DNA from: a virus
IMG/VR virus record: IMGVR_UViG_3300014501_000002
Span: 47,515 to 111,514 of that record
Strand: one strand, 5' to 3'
Length of the DNA: 64,000 bases
Below the pieces are notes generated by a model. The model made no database searches. It saw nothing but the letters and a program-made list of their open reading frames with translations, and was not told the DNA's origin. Made by a program: the position numbers and the translations under genes. This document shows positions 49,057 to 58,285 of the stretch, one piece after another. How positions within the stretch are numbered: the stretch's first letter is position 1; each line of letters opens with the position of its first letter.

Positions 49057-49469
49057 AAATCCTTTGGGCTTACAGTATCACGTTCCTTCACGACCTCGGC
49101 AACGGCAGAATTAAAACGCACATCGGCATCGAAAGCGGTGTGCGGGCCGCATGTGCACTGTGGCACGCCCAGATTATAGGGTGCCGTGAGAGTATTGTCC
49201 CTAATAACGGCGCGGCATATAGCCACAATCTTCTCGCGGTCACGCGCAGCGGCCGCTTGTCGCTCTAAAGTCTCCACATGAGATTTGAAGAAAGAAAATA
49301 TATACTGCCCCGAATAGACGCTTAAGAAAGCATCGCCTCTACCGATTACCTCAAAGAATCGACGTATATTTTGTCGAAGTTCTACAATCGTTTCTTCACG
49401 TGTTTTGTTCTCTTGCTTCTGTACCCCCAATTCCTCTTCTAATCTCTTGATGCGTTTGTAATTGAACAT
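49053..49469 (-). CDS. Hypothetical coiled-coil protein
   Basis: 138 aa, GGAGG RBS. Confidence 0.6.
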   Translation of the reverse strand: MFNYKRIKRLEEELGVQKQENKTREETIVELRQNIRRFFEVIGRGDAFLSVYSGQYIFSFFKSHVETLERQAAAARDREKIVAICRAVIRDNTLTAPYNLGVPQCTCGPHTAFDADVRFNSAVAEVVKERDTVSPKDL

Positions 49470-49618
49470 GTTTCCTCCTTACGTGCATAGCGGGCCGCAA
49501 GGCGCCGTCGCCTGCGTCCGGGTTCGATTCGGACATGCGGTTTCTGAGCCTCTCCGCATCGCTTGCAGACAAGTGCTTCGAAGTTATGACGCTTGAATGC
49601 TTGACACATGTTTCCTCC

Positions 49619-50401
49619 TTATACTGTTTCCCAAATCTGAGTTTGCCCGAACTTCCAAAACTCCTGATACACATCGGAGATGACTTCTGAGACTCTCCGT
49701 CTGTCAACCGTCTCCGGTAGAACGGAATGCTCGCTCGCATGCAGCGCTTCGCTTTGAAGTTCCGTTCCCCACTCTCGAATTTCATGAAGGGTGAACTTTC
49801 CAAGTCGAATATTAATTAACTCCGCGACATTCGGGCGAGGAAGTGTGATCCGCCCGGTTTCCATAAGTTCCTTCGCTTCACCGAATAACCGTATCACGTG
49901 CATCGCATACTTGGTATCGTAACCGTACTTGTGTTCCAGATCGGCGCGCTTACAATTCTTCTGACCTTTCTCCCCGAACAGTCGCTTAAGCTGCGCGTCC
50001 GCGAAGCCAATGAAAGGCTTGATGTGTTGTGCAGATAAGAATGCCTCAGACTGATACTGAATGATCTTCCATACCCGATCTTCCCATTCGGTCTTCGCGA
50101 ATAGGAAATGCAGTGACGATGGGTTTCCTTGCGCGGCGAGCCCTGCCCAACGACGCAACGAATAAAGACACACATCGACGTCACCCGGCTTGTTACCCGT
50201 CTCTCCGTCACCTGTGGTCTTGACAAAGTGGGTTACAGGGTCGAGCCCGAGCGCCTGCGATGCCGATTCGACGAACACGCCGTACCAATCCAGGTCTGCG
50301 GTTTCCGCGACACGTGCGCCGTGCGCGACGATGCCGCCGATGTAGGCCATGATTAGACTGTCCGGGTTCTTGAATCCGTACTCGCTGAAATCCGGCCTCA
50401 T
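49619..50401 (-). CDS. RlaP/YcgL-like Pol-beta nucleotidyltransferase
   Basis: GG.AHG...DLDWYGVF, D..LYSL, GNP, GYDTKYAMHVIRL, L..IR.G. Confidence 0.85.
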   Translation of the reverse strand: MRPDFSEYGFKNPDSLIMAYIGGIVAHGARVAETADLDWYGVFVESASQALGLDPVTHFVKTTGDGETGNKPGDVDVCLYSLRRWAGLAAQGNPSSLHFLFAKTEWEDRVWKIIQYQSEAFLSAQHIKPFIGFADAQLKRLFGEKGQKNCKRADLEHKYGYDTKYAMHVIRLFGEAKELMETGRITLPRPNVAELINIRLGKFTLHEIREWGTELQSEALHASEHSVLPETVDRRRVSEVISDVYQEFWKFGQTQIWETV

Positions 50402-50664
50402 CGGATGACCGCCCCGTGTTCGCGCGCGTAGTCCACGATCTCTTGAATCTGTCTATGCGTCAAGACAATCTGTTCCGAGCGCGCCTCCAAGGCGAATCGA
50501 TCTTGAGAAACATAGATGTGTCCAACATCGCTGTGGTCCAATTGAATACGCACTTCTACCGGCTTTGGTTTACCTAAGACTTGACGGAAACCCGCAACAT
50601 CGACACATGCTTTACCGCCATGTTGTTTCTGTGTTCTTCCACAATATGTGCATCGTTGAGCCAT
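50398..50664 (-). CDS. Hypothetical protein
   Basis: 88 aa, AAGGAGG RBS immediately after the tRNA-like RNA. Confidence 0.6.
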   Translation of the reverse strand: MAQRCTYCGRTQKQHGGKACVDVAGFRQVLGKPKPVEVRIQLDHSDVGHIYVSQDRFALEARSEQIVLTHRQIQEIVDYAREHGAVIR

Positions 50665-50682
50665 TTTTATTACCTCCTTAAA

Positions 50683-50751
50683 ATAGCCGGGTGTCCTTCC
50701 GCTAGACGAGTATTACCCCTGGGATTCGAACCCAGGCTCTCCCGGTGAATT
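50683..50751 (-). ncRNA. Circularly permuted tRNA-Glu-like RNA (YrlA-like tRNA mimic)
   Basis: Order: TTCA CCGGG - AGAGC - T arm CTGGG TTCGAAT CCCAG - short closed acceptor GGGT AAT AC - TC - D arm GTCT AGCGGA AGGAC - A CCCGG CT. Confidence 0.75.
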
Positions 50752-51802
50752 ATTTCACATCAAAGTTATTATACAGATAACGTTGAAGCGATGCAACACG
50801 AAAAGTAGTGTCCAGAATCTGTACCCGAAGTAGAAATTCATCGGCCCGCAACTGGTTTCGAAACACGAGCGCGGCCGTTGTGCTGGAGTCCGCGATCGAC
50901 GCCATCGTATCCACGATTTTGACATCTTGAACAGTTAGTGCTTTCAGTTCATCCTGCTGAACTTTCAAGATTTTAATCACGACACCATGCTGAGCCTGTA
51001 CGTTCTGTATCACATCGCCGACTTGCGCTCGCTTCCACGTTGCGTATGCTTCAAGCGATGCGTCATAGTGCTTGTTCGCTGCACGTCTTCCCAAATCGTA
51101 CGTCACAGTGACCCCGGCGTACGGACTAGCGGCGGACAGGAACGGAGTCATGGGTTTCTCTATTCCCGTTGACACCGCGACGTCCCACTCGTTCATCTTG
51201 GCAAGACGATATTGACTCACTTGACTGCGGCCTGCACTCTGGTACTCAAACTCAGCTAGGTTTGTCAGTGATGCATCGGACAACTCTGGAACATAGATAT
51301 CTGCGACGGCGACGGCCGTGGCCTGTCTGTCCAATTCGAGCGCCAACCGTTGTTTGTCCAGCAAGTACACCGACTGCTTTGGAAGATTGTGCGAATCCAA
51401 AAGTTTTTGATTGTCCACGATTAGCGCGTTCACTGCTTGCGTGGCCTGCGCGATCAAGGACAGCCTGTTACTCAACGCAGCCCGGTCAAGGCTTAGCATG
51501 TCGTACTGAATCCGCTCTTGTACGGTCACTGTATCGATATACTGCACGCACGCTTCGTGTCCGATTTTTAAATCGAGCCGCCCTTTGCGTATGTTGTTGA
51601 TCGAATCGGTCACGCCGACGAACTGTTGGGGCGCCGTGCCTTGTGCCGGGGTGATGCCGGACGTTAGCACCGGTGATACGGACACAATTTCTTGTGCCTT
51701 GCCTTGTTCTTCCACGTACCGGCAATAAGCACTTGTATCTTGGTTGCTCTGAGCTCCTGCAACGGTGGCGAATAATGCGACAGCTATAATGAGTGCTTTC
51801 AT
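50750..51802 (-). CDS. Secreted/outer-membrane export protein (TolC-like architecture)
   Basis: Signal peptide, long helical segments with amphipathic beta strands (WDVAVSTG...YAGVTVTYDL); operon with GT2. Confidence 0.45.
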   Translation of the reverse strand: MKALIIAVALFATVAGAQSNQDTSAYCRYVEEQGKAQEIVSVSPVLTSGITPAQGTAPQQFVGVTDSINNIRKGRLDLKIGHEACVQYIDTVTVQERIQYDMLSLDRAALSNRLSLIAQATQAVNALIVDNQKLLDSHNLPKQSVYLLDKQRLALELDRQATAVAVADIYVPELSDASLTNLAEFEYQSAGRSQVSQYRLAKMNEWDVAVSTGIEKPMTPFLSAASPYAGVTVTYDLGRRAANKHYDASLEAYATWKRAQVGDVIQNVQAQHGVVIKILKVQQDELKALTVQDVKIVDTMASIADSSTTAALVFRNQLRADEFLLRVQILDTTFRVASLQRYLYNNFDVK

Positions 51803-51811
51803 ATTCCTCCT

Positions 51812-52861
51812 TTAGAACAACAGTGGCTTGTGATTAATCATCAGAGTCATAGACTCAGCGGACTGCGGACGCGTCAACTCAACTTGAGCTAGGAATCCAC
51901 GGATGTCTGAGCGAAACAGCGGATGCACGGCGTGTTCCTCTTCTGAAAAGATTTTCTTGACCGTGCCGACTTGACGGCACACGATCATGTTCAGGTAGCA
52001 ATCATACACGGGTGCACCGATTCGCGCGGAGCCTCGGTTCCCATAAGGGACAAACACGAAGTTCACATTGCGACCGCGGGTCATCGCGATGAAGTACGGA
52101 GTCTGCTGTGCCGTTTCCACCGCTCGATGCATTGTGTCTATCTGAGCCTGTTCGGTTCGAATCTGCCGTTGGGCGGTCGATGTACCGATGTCGAGTTGAA
52201 GCACTTCAGACGTCAACTCTGCTTGTTTATTCAAGGTGTCGAGAAGCAACGTGTTCACCGTACTCTTCTGCAGAATCGAATCGTTCACCACGACTTCTGC
52301 AATCTTGCTGTCGGTGAACGTGCTCTGCGCCTGATTGAGTGCCGTCTTCTGAATGGCCGCGTCTCCCTTCGTAATCAGCCCGGCCAGAACGTCCTGATCG
52401 ATTTCATCCTCAACTTCCTGAACCTGACCGATCACCGCACCTGTTTTGATATTGTCGAATCGCTTTTGGTGGGAGAGTGACATAAGTTCCTGCCCGGTCA
52501 CGTGACTATTCTGCCCCTCACGTCGAAGCGCTGAGACCAACTGTGGTTCCAACGCAGCCAACTGCGCACGATGGTGTGCAAATTCTGGCAAACTCTCTTG
52601 CAGTTTCTTCACATCCAGTTCGAGAACCTGCGATGCCGCCTCGGTCTGAACTATTTTGATCGTAAGATCGAGCGCCTTGTCATCAGACGGTGAAATGATC
52701 AGAGGAGCGACCCACGATGAGTCAACCGCGTAGAATCCCAGCAGAAAGATGTAACTGAAAAATCCAAGCAGTACTCCGTACAGCGTGAGGACCGCCGTGA
52801 TCCGGTACGACCAGATAAACGATTTGCGTACAGCTACAGGAACGAAATTGGTGTCATTCAT
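51812..52861 (-). CDS. Membrane-fusion-protein-like (HlyD/Alg44-like) co-polymerase
   Basis: N-terminal TM, long coiled coil, C-terminal beta domain (FVFVPY...GTVKKI...GFLAQVEL). Confidence 0.55.
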   Translation of the reverse strand: MNDTNFVPVAVRKSFIWSYRITAVLTLYGVLLGFFSYIFLLGFYAVDSSWVAPLIISPSDDKALDLTIKIVQTEAASQVLELDVKKLQESLPEFAHHRAQLAALEPQLVSALRREGQNSHVTGQELMSLSHQKRFDNIKTGAVIGQVQEVEDEIDQDVLAGLITKGDAAIQKTALNQAQSTFTDSKIAEVVVNDSILQKSTVNTLLLDTLNKQAELTSEVLQLDIGTSTAQRQIRTEQAQIDTMHRAVETAQQTPYFIAMTRGRNVNFVFVPYGNRGSARIGAPVYDCYLNMIVCRQVGTVKKIFSEEEHAVHPLFRSDIRGFLAQVELTRPQSAESMTLMINHKPLLF

Positions 52862-52872
52862 TGTTGCCTCCT

Positions 52873-54066
52873 TTACCGATTACCCCAAGAGTCGCTGTCT
52901 AATGTGAACAGCGCTAGTGTCGTGATAAACAACCCGCTCGCGATCCACCACAACCCGAAGACTGCCAGCTTCAGCGGGTTACGAACCTTCTGTTCGGGAT
53001 GGTAATGGTTCACAATTAAGATCAGCACGAAAGACATGGCAATCATTAGTGTGACACCAAACACATTCACCCAAGCCGTCGGGTCCGCATTAAGAAACCA
53101 CGTCAAGATTTTCACGAGACATACAACCGTCGTGATGGGCACGAAAAAATTCGAATACAACGAGCCCGCATCTAAGTCCCAAATATGTTTGGGCAGCATT
53201 CTAATTGTGAAAAAGAAATCCCGAATACCACTACGCCGCCACCGGAGTTGCTGTGCCCAAAACTTCTCAAAACTGTTCGGCGCAATTGTCCAGCACATTG
53301 CTTTATCATCCATGAACGTCCCGTAACCGCGCAACAGAACTTGGTGCGTCAAGAAACGATCTTCTCCAGACTTGATCGGGACGCCCCACCAGTTACGATT
53401 TTGAATCTGTGGTCGAATCTCCTGTAGCAGGGTTCGGCGAATCGCCAGCATATACCCACCGATGCAGCCCACGTTGCGAGTGTATGACTCCGTGACTTTT
53501 GCCAGCTTGAACCACAGGAAATAAAAGTACACCTGAAACACGGTCAAGCTATTGTCGTTCGGGTTACGAACGCCCACGGGGCCGCCGCATGCGCCGATGC
53601 GCTTGTCCCCAAGGGATGACATTAGTTCCCGAATGCAATTCTTCCCGAGCACGATGTCAGAATCGACGATCAGCACAATCTCGTTAATGCAGCGGTCGAT
53701 GGCTCGAAGATAAGTATGGCTCTTGCCAATGTTCTTTTCATTCTGCACCGGCTCAACGATGGCGCCGAAATCCTGTTGTGCTGTCTGCATCCACTCAAAG
53801 CTGTCGTCGGTCGAACCGTCGTCCTGACAGCAAATCTGAATCTGTCCTGCGGGGTAGTCGCTCTCACAAACGCTTCGGATGGTCGTGTAGACCGCCTTCC
53901 CCTCGTTGTAGCAGGGGATGATGACGCTCACGGTCGGGGTGAAGGTGTAGTCCTTCGCTATGCCCGTGTCCTTTGGGTTAATGAACTTTACCCATAGAAT
54001 CACAGCAAAGCGAATTCCCTGCACAGTCAGTGGCACCGCCAGCATCAGCCAAAAGAGCGAAAGCAT
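52873..54066 (-). CDS. Processive GT2 polysaccharide synthase (hyaluronan/chitin/NodC-like)
   Basis: IIPCYNE, DDGSTD, VDSD, SGEDRFLT, QQLRW (QxxRW); N- and C-terminal TM helices. Confidence 0.92.
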   Translation of the reverse strand: MLSLFWLMLAVPLTVQGIRFAVILWVKFINPKDTGIAKDYTFTPTVSVIIPCYNEGKAVYTTIRSVCESDYPAGQIQICCQDDGSTDDSFEWMQTAQQDFGAIVEPVQNEKNIGKSHTYLRAIDRCINEIVLIVDSDIVLGKNCIRELMSSLGDKRIGACGGPVGVRNPNDNSLTVFQVYFYFLWFKLAKVTESYTRNVGCIGGYMLAIRRTLLQEIRPQIQNRNWWGVPIKSGEDRFLTHQVLLRGYGTFMDDKAMCWTIAPNSFEKFWAQQLRWRRSGIRDFFFTIRMLPKHIWDLDAGSLYSNFFVPITTVVCLVKILTWFLNADPTAWVNVFGVTLMIAMSFVLILIVNHYHPEQKVRNPLKLAVFGLWWIASGLFITTLALFTLDSDSWGNR

Positions 54067-54368
54067 TAGAGTGCCTCTCCTTCATCCTTCTTAGCCTTGC
54101 GCGCCTTTATCAGTTGCGCAGTGCGCGAAGCTAAGATCGCCGGTGGAGTAATGTCTAGCTCGCGTAATTCATAAACCTGTCCGGGCATATGCTGCGGGGA
54201 CATCTGGACAAGTTCACGTATCATCTTAACGTGATCTTTTGCCTGGCGAGGTGCGGATGCAGCCGGACGCACACCATCGATGTACACAAGCACGGTGCGC
54301 GTGCCTACCGGTAGGTCACCGGACTCCACGAACGTACCGTCGGGTGCACGAGTGAATTTGATGCTCAC
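54066..54368 (-). CDS. Hypothetical protein
   Basis: 100 aa, TAATG-coupled to the GT2 gene. Confidence 0.6.
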   Translation of the reverse strand: MSIKFTRAPDGTFVESGDLPVGTRTVLVYIDGVRPAASAPRQAKDHVKMIRELVQMSPQHMPGQVYELRELDITPPAILASRTAQLIKARKAKKDEGEAL

Positions 54369-54482
54369 TTTACAGCCCCCATAATGCTTATGATGTACCA
54401 GTACGCGCTAATCGTGCAAAGGTACGCGAATGCGAATGCTATCACAGCACACAACAAGAATTTCTTCATTGTCCCTCCTATG

Positions 54483-55382
54483 TTACTCTGACATGTCTTC
54501 GGCGGCACGCAAGCCTTCCCACGTCGGGAAACGCGGCTTGTCCTTGCTACCCAAAGGAAAGTACCGGAACTTGACAATCTGCCCCATTAGCTTCTTGCGG
54601 TTCTTCCATATGTCGGCGCGCTCTACATCATCGAAACCACTGCCGATCTTAAACTCGACACCCTTATACGTGCCATTGACGCCGTTCACGATCAGCGCGC
54701 CTAGGTCGCCTCGACCGGTGAGCCCGGCCTGCGCGGTACTGCGTTCCGTACGGCCGACCGCGTTCTTCTTAGCTTCGTTACTATTGTGCATCCGTTCTTC
54801 GTACCCGATGATCTGCGCTTCGGCATCTTCGAACCGCTTGACCTTGAGGAGATAGCCTTCCTTCTCGGTGCTGCGGCCTTGTTTGTACGGGCCGTCAACG
54901 CTGCGAGCCATGATACCTTCGTGTCCGGCATCAACCGCTTGTTCTTCTAGTTCATTTAATTTGTCCGCGTCGTTACAAAGTACGTGCTCAAGAATCCGTA
55001 CCGAAGTTTTCTTTTGCATGATTCTCTCCCACCGTTCTTTAAATCCTCCGGGTGCGAGATAGTTATCGAATACCCAATATCGCAATCCTGTAACGTCGTT
55101 ACCATCACCCATTACGGCACTAACAGTCTTGCGGTACGCATCACTCGCTGTGGGATCGCCAACAATCAACTCACCATCATAACCTTCCGGAAGACCGGCG
55201 AACATTTCCTGAACCAGATGATTCGGAATCGGCTTAAGCGTGCGGCTCATTAGTCTGCCTCCGATCACAAGGCAGCGTACGCCGTCTAGCTTCAGCGACA
55301 CGAGCACCGGGTACTTCAGCTTGGTGACGTCGGTGCACTTCCCCGCAAGCATTGGTTTGAACATTAGTGTGCCCCTGCCCAT
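54483..55382 (-). CDS. ATP-dependent DNA ligase
   Basis: KLDGVR, DGEL, FD, EGIM, LKVK, GSGF, RFP; start likely 55364. Confidence 0.93.
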   Translation of the reverse strand: MGRGTLMFKPMLAGKCTDVTKLKYPVLVSLKLDGVRCLVIGGRLMSRTLKPIPNHLVQEMFAGLPEGYDGELIVGDPTASDAYRKTVSAVMGDGNDVTGLRYWVFDNYLAPGGFKERWERIMQKKTSVRILEHVLCNDADKLNELEEQAVDAGHEGIMARSVDGPYKQGRSTEKEGYLLKVKRFEDAEAQIIGYEERMHNSNEAKKNAVGRTERSTAQAGLTGRGDLGALIVNGVNGTYKGVEFKIGSGFDDVERADIWKNRKKLMGQIVKFRYFPLGSKDKPRFPTWEGLRAAEDMSE

Positions 55383-55762
55383 TTCTTAATGATTGCGGAA
55401 TTCTTTGGCCCGAAGAACTTGCAGCCGAGGCGCAGTCTGCCGTTTTTACCGCGACCTAAACAAACATACATCCGCACCGGGCGGCCCACGGCGGTAGTTC
55501 GTATCTTGAGAATCGACGTAAAATATACGTAATTGTATGGAGTACTTGGAGACTCTTGTTTCCCATATCTTGAATCTCTCCCGAATGTGGCATTCAAAGC
55601 AGCACGAACATCCGCTTTAGTGGCCCACCACCCATCTTTCTCCCCATCTGTAATGCATCCAGGTTGTAATTCTGCCGCGTATTTAGCGACTTGACTCCAT
55701 CCCGTAGATGCCTTTATCTCTGTTTTTAATTTCATGTTACCTCCTTGTTTGAATCGTACCAA
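55364..55762 (-). CDS. Hypothetical protein
   Basis: Likely start MKLKTE after GGAGG. Confidence 0.55.
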   Translation of the reverse strand: MVRFKQGGNMKLKTEIKASTGWSQVAKYAAELQPGCITDGEKDGWWATKADVRAALNATFGRDSRYGKQESPSTPYNYVYFTSILKIRTTAVGRPVRMYVCLGRGKNGRLRLGCKFFGPKNSAIIKKWAGAH

Positions 55763-55781
55763 ATTTGGGTACGTTTGTCAA
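55753..55781 (-). promoter_or_regulatory. Sigma70-like promoter overlapped by GTACC-N7-GGTAC palindrome
   Basis: TTGACA-N17-TACGAT. Confidence 0.7.
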
Positions 55782-55790
55782 GATAAATTA

Positions 55791-56525
55791 TTAGCGCCTT
55801 TTTCCTGCGAATGCCCCAAGAAGTATCAGACATATTAAACCTATACCGAGCAACGAAAGCGATGAAGATTCAGGTACTGGAGTTGGCACGGTTGGTGGCC
55901 GCGTGTCGGGTGGCACGAACAAGCAGCACGGGACGATATACTGTGGAACATTGCTCGCGACAGGCGGTGCGATCACCGGCGAGCCGAGCAAGTCTTGCAC
56001 CGTGTCATTGGCCGCGTACGGAATCTCCGGAGCATTCGGCGCGGACACAATATTATCCGGCGGGGCCGACACTGGATAGATATCCGATGGTTCGGTACCC
56101 GATGTTTCGATAGCTAGCGGAGCATCGAACCGCAACAGATTGCCACATTTCACGAGTATGACCGTGGTGCCGTCCGTGATGACGGGCTCTCCGGCATGAA
56201 TAAACCGCTGTTTCTTTGTCCAATACATAACCCCATTCTTCATGTACGAGACGTACGCGAAGCCGGATCGCTGCGTATTCGTGAAGATGGCTTTCGGGCC
56301 GAGCGTCGGGTACAGGTAGCGATGCAGACTTAGCTCCGTGTCGTTGTGGATGCCACCTGGGACCAACTCGTGCCCGAAGATATCCGACTCTGGAGTTGAC
56401 TTCTGGATGTCGGGCGCCGTGGGCGCGTCGTTGCGCGCTGTAAACCGCGAAGCATGGTAGGCGAGGTCTGCACCGAAGGATAATGCTACCGTGAGAACTA
56501 CAAACAAGAAAATTAGGTGTTTCAT
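55791..56525 (-). CDS. PEP-CTERM sorting-domain surface protein
   Basis: Signal/TM at N-terminus (start MKHLIF), YVSY...YWT...GE...TDG...CGN domain, Pro-rich linker, VPESSSLSLLGIGL...KRR tail. Confidence 0.85.
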   Translation of the reverse strand: MKHLIFLFVVLTVALSFGADLAYHASRFTARNDAPTAPDIQKSTPESDIFGHELVPGGIHNDTELSLHRYLYPTLGPKAIFTNTQRSGFAYVSYMKNGVMYWTKKQRFIHAGEPVITDGTTVILVKCGNLLRFDAPLAIETSGTEPSDIYPVSAPPDNIVSAPNAPEIPYAANDTVQDLLGSPVIAPPVASNVPQYIVPCCLFVPPDTRPPTVPTPVPESSSLSLLGIGLICLILLGAFAGKRR

Positions 56526-57161
56526 CGTGATTCCTTGGGTGAATACAACTCCCGCAACACAACACGCGCCTGATTTTGTAGGTCTATGGCGCTCACTTTG
56601 CAATTTGCTGCACACATATAGTGAAAACGATGGGCGTCAATATTCCAAAGTACTTGAATAGCTTTGAAAATCGATACTTCGATTCCATCCTCAACATTGT
56701 GACTCTTCATTGTTCCTCCTTGTTCCGCCTGGATTTGCGAAGTACGATTCACCTGGGTGTTTTCATCGTCCGCCAACATTGAACATTGACGAGCGGATAA
56801 TTGAACGTGCTATCTCTCGTGTCGATCGTCAATACCCCGTTGTCAATTTTGACTTCGGTCACACCACGGACCGTGTGATTCAACTCCCCATTGTTTGTGA
56901 AAACGTGTACGGTCATCATTTCCTCCTTAAGATTTGGTCAGCCAGCGACCAACATGCAACTACGGTGATTGCTAGCGCAACTACTGCCTCAGCGGTCACG
57001 ATACGACGCTGGCACCTTTGCGTCACGGTCACGAAAGAATTCCGCCTTGACCTTGCGTGCCTGATTGCTTTCCTTCTCTCTCGTGCGATTGTCACCTTTA
57101 AAGTCTTCGTCACGATACTGTTTGAATTTCTTAATCGTTTTCATAATTTCCTCCATGTGCA

Positions 57162-57190
57162 ATCTTAACCAATGCAACGATGCTTGTCAA
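57162..57190 (-). promoter_or_regulatory. Sigma70-like promoter
   Basis: TTGACA-N17-TAAGAT. Confidence 0.65.
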
Positions 57191-57690
57191 GCTTTTTCTT
57201 TCGCATCCCTAGAGTCTACCACATTCACATCCGGCGGGACTACCGGAACCTGCACCGGACGACGCTGGATGCCTAACCAGACCAGCGCTTGCCGAATGTC
57301 TGACTCTAAATCTTGCAGCGTCTTAACGCTCATTTAGTTTCCGCGAAGTTCGATTCAACCGGGTGCAACAAAGCAACGCGCGGAATTTGTACGGGTGCAA
57401 ACCGACCGATGTTTTCGGCCGTGAGCCACGCGCGTGTAAGCGCCAATTCATTATCTGAAATCGACACGGGAAGTGGTGTCGCGCTTGAAAAGAATTCCTG
57501 TCGTTTGTGTTCGAACAAATCCATGCTTGCCTCCTCTGATTCTGCGAAGTATGAAACGCCCGGAGATAAATCCCTGAATCCATAAAATGTATCCGGGTAC
57601 GAAAAAGTTTTCGCGCGAGACCGGCTTGCGCCGCTGGTACCAGGACGAAAGTACCGGCGAACGCGAAACAAAGGGTTTATTCCCTTTGCA

Positions 57691-57719
57691 AGTTTATAGC
57701 CTTTCCCGATGCTTGTCAA
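57691..57719 (-). promoter_or_regulatory. Sigma70-like promoter
   Basis: TTGACA-N17-TAAACT; shares CTTGACAAGCATCG with the 57.19-kb promoter. Confidence 0.65.
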
Positions 57720-58285
57720 GTTCTATTACCGGCTTAAGGATTCGAATCCTTCTGCCTCCCGTAGTGCCTCCGCTCGATACTCCGATGCCGGGTTGCACGT
57801 CGGTTGCGGCGGGTTGCACGTCGGCCGTGCCGATTGTGTCGGTACTTCGACAATCAATCCGCTTTTAGGCACGCGTACGGCTAATATGCTGTCTTCAGTC
57901 AGTACCCTACGCTTAATATTCATGGCTGTGCCTCCTTTATGCCTCTACCGCGTACAATTCGCCTAGGTACTTGCGGTAGGGCATCGGCGCCTTGCGTATT
58001 GCCGCGCGCGCCGTTCTAGCCTGTACTACGGCAATGCATCGCCCTTCCGGGCTCCAATAGACTGAATAGGTTTTCATAATGCTCCTTTGTTTACGCATGG
58101 CGCGCCCGTGTAGCGATTGCGTCCGCAATCCGGACATACGGCCACACTTTCGCGCGCCGAGCCCGCATAACGCTCTAGACGCTCAAACCATGACTCTAGA
58201 ACCTGTAACATCCACACACGAAGCTTTCCTTTGATGCTCCCAGAGTGAACTCTGGGATTCTCCCTAACATCAGGGTTACGTTTGC

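Noticed and set aside
49505-49545. tRNA gene suggested by GGTTCGATTC
   Set aside because: Isolated T-loop-like hairpin on the non-coding strand; no D arm, anticodon arm or acceptor stem
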